Of a DNA stretch of 38,549 nucleotides, positions 36,752-38,549 are shown piece after piece (position 1 is the first letter of the stretch; every line of letters begins with the position of its first letter). The position numbers were made by a program, and so were the translations under genes. Below the pieces are notes generated by a model. That model searched no databases. It saw nothing but the letters and a program-made list of their open reading frames with translations, and had not been told where the DNA came from. The stretch covers positions 1 through 38,549 of the forward strand of contig JAYEHT010000251.1 of NCBI GenBank assembly GCA_034659655.1, read 5' to 3'. The stretch comes from Candidatus Aerophobota bacterium. Lineage in GTDB: Bacteria; Aerophobota; Aerophobia; Aerophobales; JAGGXI01.

Positions 36752-38549
36752 CTAATTTATCTCTTTATAATACTTTATTTTTAAGGGATGAGCTCCTCTA
36801 TCCAAAATTACTTTTATTTTCTTTTCTGAGGCTAGCTCTCCTGATTTTTTAATCTGGCCAAGGGAGGTTACAGTAAAACAGTTAGAGCGAGTTGTAATTA
36901 AGTTAGAAAGAGAGCGAAATATCATCTCTTTCTCGTCGTCTTCGTCTATATATCCATCTTCATCATCGTCTTTTCCATTATAACCCAGTTTAGCTATGAT
37001 AACAACCTCAAGCATTTCTCCTATTTCATTAAAAGGTCTTCTTTTGCTGTTCCCATAATTTATTATTGCCTTAGCTAAGGAAGAGTCAATCCCGGGTAGA
37101 CTTCTTAAAACCTGGCGGGATGCAGTGTTTATGTTTATCCTTCCTTTTGTGGCTTTCGTAGGGGGATTAACTACAGTAATTTTGTCCAGTATTTGCCAAT
37201 CTCCTCCTGCCCCGAGTTTTATCGTTCGCCACTCTTTTCCTTTATGGATATATCCTACTTCTCCAGTATTAGCAAAAGGCTTATTTTTAACATAAAAACT
37301 GCTGTAGTCATTTTCATCCTTTGCCTCACCTACAGTAGGCATCCAGAACCAGTTGGAAAAGCCAGGGCTTCCTCCAGGAAGGCTACTAACAAACTCTCTT
37401 ACTCGGGGGTCATTTTTTTCAAAAGCATTCCAGGGAGCTCCATAATTTTTATAGGGGACCCTGTCTACTATATTCTTTCCTGCATCTATTAAGATTACTG
37501 TATCACTATTATCATCCAGTAGTTCTTTCCCTATGGTTTTTCCCTCCATTTTTATAACCATATTAAATATGATTCTATAACCCCGGGCAGGCACTTCTCC
37601 CCATAACATCCTTCCTCCCAGGGAAGTTTTTATTCGCCATCCCCATATTTTACAAGAAGTATCATAAGGGTTAAAGAGCTCTATCCATTCCATTTCTATA
37701 TCTATCTTCTTACCCGCCTTTTCTGATGCTTCGGCTCTTTTTTCTTTAAAAATATTTAAAACTCTTCCTATTTTTTCTGCCGGAGTTTTATTTTCTTCAA
37801 GCTCTTCAAGTATCCGTTTCAAATTTTCCTCTTTATTTGAGCTATCTTTTTCTACTTCCTTTTCTATTATTCCTGTAGCTTTCCCTCTTATCTTCTCTTC
37901 CAATTTTTCTCTTGTCTTCTCTTCTATTTTATCCTTGAGAAAGCTTATCCCCCCTTTTGCTAAATCTTTTGCTGCCGTGATTACTGAAGAGGTAAAGTGA
38001 GGCATTACTTCGTTAATATAAGGGGTTCTTTCGATACCATATTTACCTTTATATCCCGTGCAGAAACTATCTTCATCATGAAAGTCAACTATGTTTACAG
38101 CTATCTGATTGGCTTTATCCTGAAGTATGCCTACTTTTTGTAAAGCCTGGCTAATAATAGAAGGCGAAGAGGTATTAATATTAACCCTCAAATTTCCTTC
38201 TTTGTCTACATTTTTATCATAAGAGTAAATAGTAATATAATCCTTTATTTTATTGAAAGTAGCCTCTCCTATTCCCTTAACGAGCCTTACCTCTTCTACA
38301 GTATCAAAGGGATTATCGTCTCCATAGGGTTTATCTGGACAAAACTCATCGGGCTCGTCAATCCCTTCATTTTCTTCATCTATTATACCATCTCCATCGT
38401 TATCTATTCCGTCTGATTGAAGGATATCGTTGTCTTTATCATCATCCACTCCTTTTTTGCCTGGAGAGCTGTCTTTGCCATAACGATAGTTTATGATTGC
38501 CTCCACCTTCTCATTATCAAGCCCGTTTAACGCTCCTAAATTAACCTCG
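36752..38549 (-). CDS. GspK-like (type II secretion minor pseudopilin K family) protein with HhH motifs, acidic Ca-binding-like repeats and a lamin-tail-like domain; 5'-partial
   Basis: Frame is open to the window end. PFDTVEEVRLVKGIG, RVNINTS, GRININTAS..VL.SLPGI, DGIDNDGDGIIDE, INEVM...EWIELFNP, ITTRSNCFTV.S.G. Confidence 0.72.
   Translation of the reverse strand, partial: EVNLGALNGLDNEKVEAIINYRYGKDSSPGKKGVDDDKDNDILQSDGIDNDGDGIIDEENEGIDEPDEFCPDKPYGDDNPFDTVEEVRLVKGIGEATFNKIKDYITIYSYDKNVDKEGNLRVNINTSSPSIISQALQKVGILQDKANQIAVNIVDFHDEDSFCTGYKGKYGIERTPYINEVMPHFTSSVITAAKDLAKGGISFLKDKIEEKTREKLEEKIRGKATGIIEKEVEKDSSNKEENLKRILEELEENKTPAEKIGRVLNIFKEKRAEASEKAGKKIDIEMEWIELFNPYDTSCKIWGWRIKTSLGGRMLWGEVPARGYRIIFNMVIKMEGKTIGKELLDDNSDTVILIDAGKNIVDRVPYKNYGAPWNAFEKNDPRVREFVSSLPGGSPGFSNWFWMPTVGEAKDENDYSSFYVKNKPFANTGEVGYIHKGKEWRTIKLGAGGDWQILDKITVVNPPTKATKGRININTASRQVLRSLPGIDSSLAKAIINYGNSKRRPFNEIGEMLEVVIIAKLGYNGKDDDEDGYIDEDDEKEMIFRSLSNLITTRSNCFTVTSLGQIKKSGELASEKKIKVILDRGAHPLKIKYYKEIN

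Overview
AT-rich bacterial chromosomal window, probably from an uncultured anaerobic diderm lineage; taxonomy is only an impression. It opens with an atypical secretin pair: a 5'-truncated giant N-domain protein built from a 1185-bp tandem repeat with no secretin barrel in the visible part, then a signal-peptide secretin with its barrel at the N-terminus and 7 N-domains at the C-terminus. One N-domain appears split between the two genes. Housekeeping genes follow: purE, eno, ftsH, ruvC, a Bcd/CarCDE-like acyl-CoA dehydrogenase-EtfB-(ferredoxin)EtfA module, a tightly coupled HD protein / divergent RtcB-like / EndoQ trio, nusA-infB-DUF503-truB-ribF-birA-coaX and tRNA-Arg(CCT). Next are an inverted-repeat-bounded MntA/HepT toxin-antitoxin cassette, a NusB fused to a loop-less (CC-adding-type) tRNA nucleotidyltransferase, HU, prfB with a +1 frameshift, guaB3 and rpmB. 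A ~5-kb catabolic island has collapsed into fused gene fragments (cupin, 2-hydroxyacid dehydrogenase/UxaA, AOR, lctD-like, etfA relic, larA) between DUF1670 and IS630 relics. The window ends in a partial GspK-like gene. Several families of palindromic intergenic elements occur, including a three-level nested one. All calls come from motif recognition by eye; no database searches were run.
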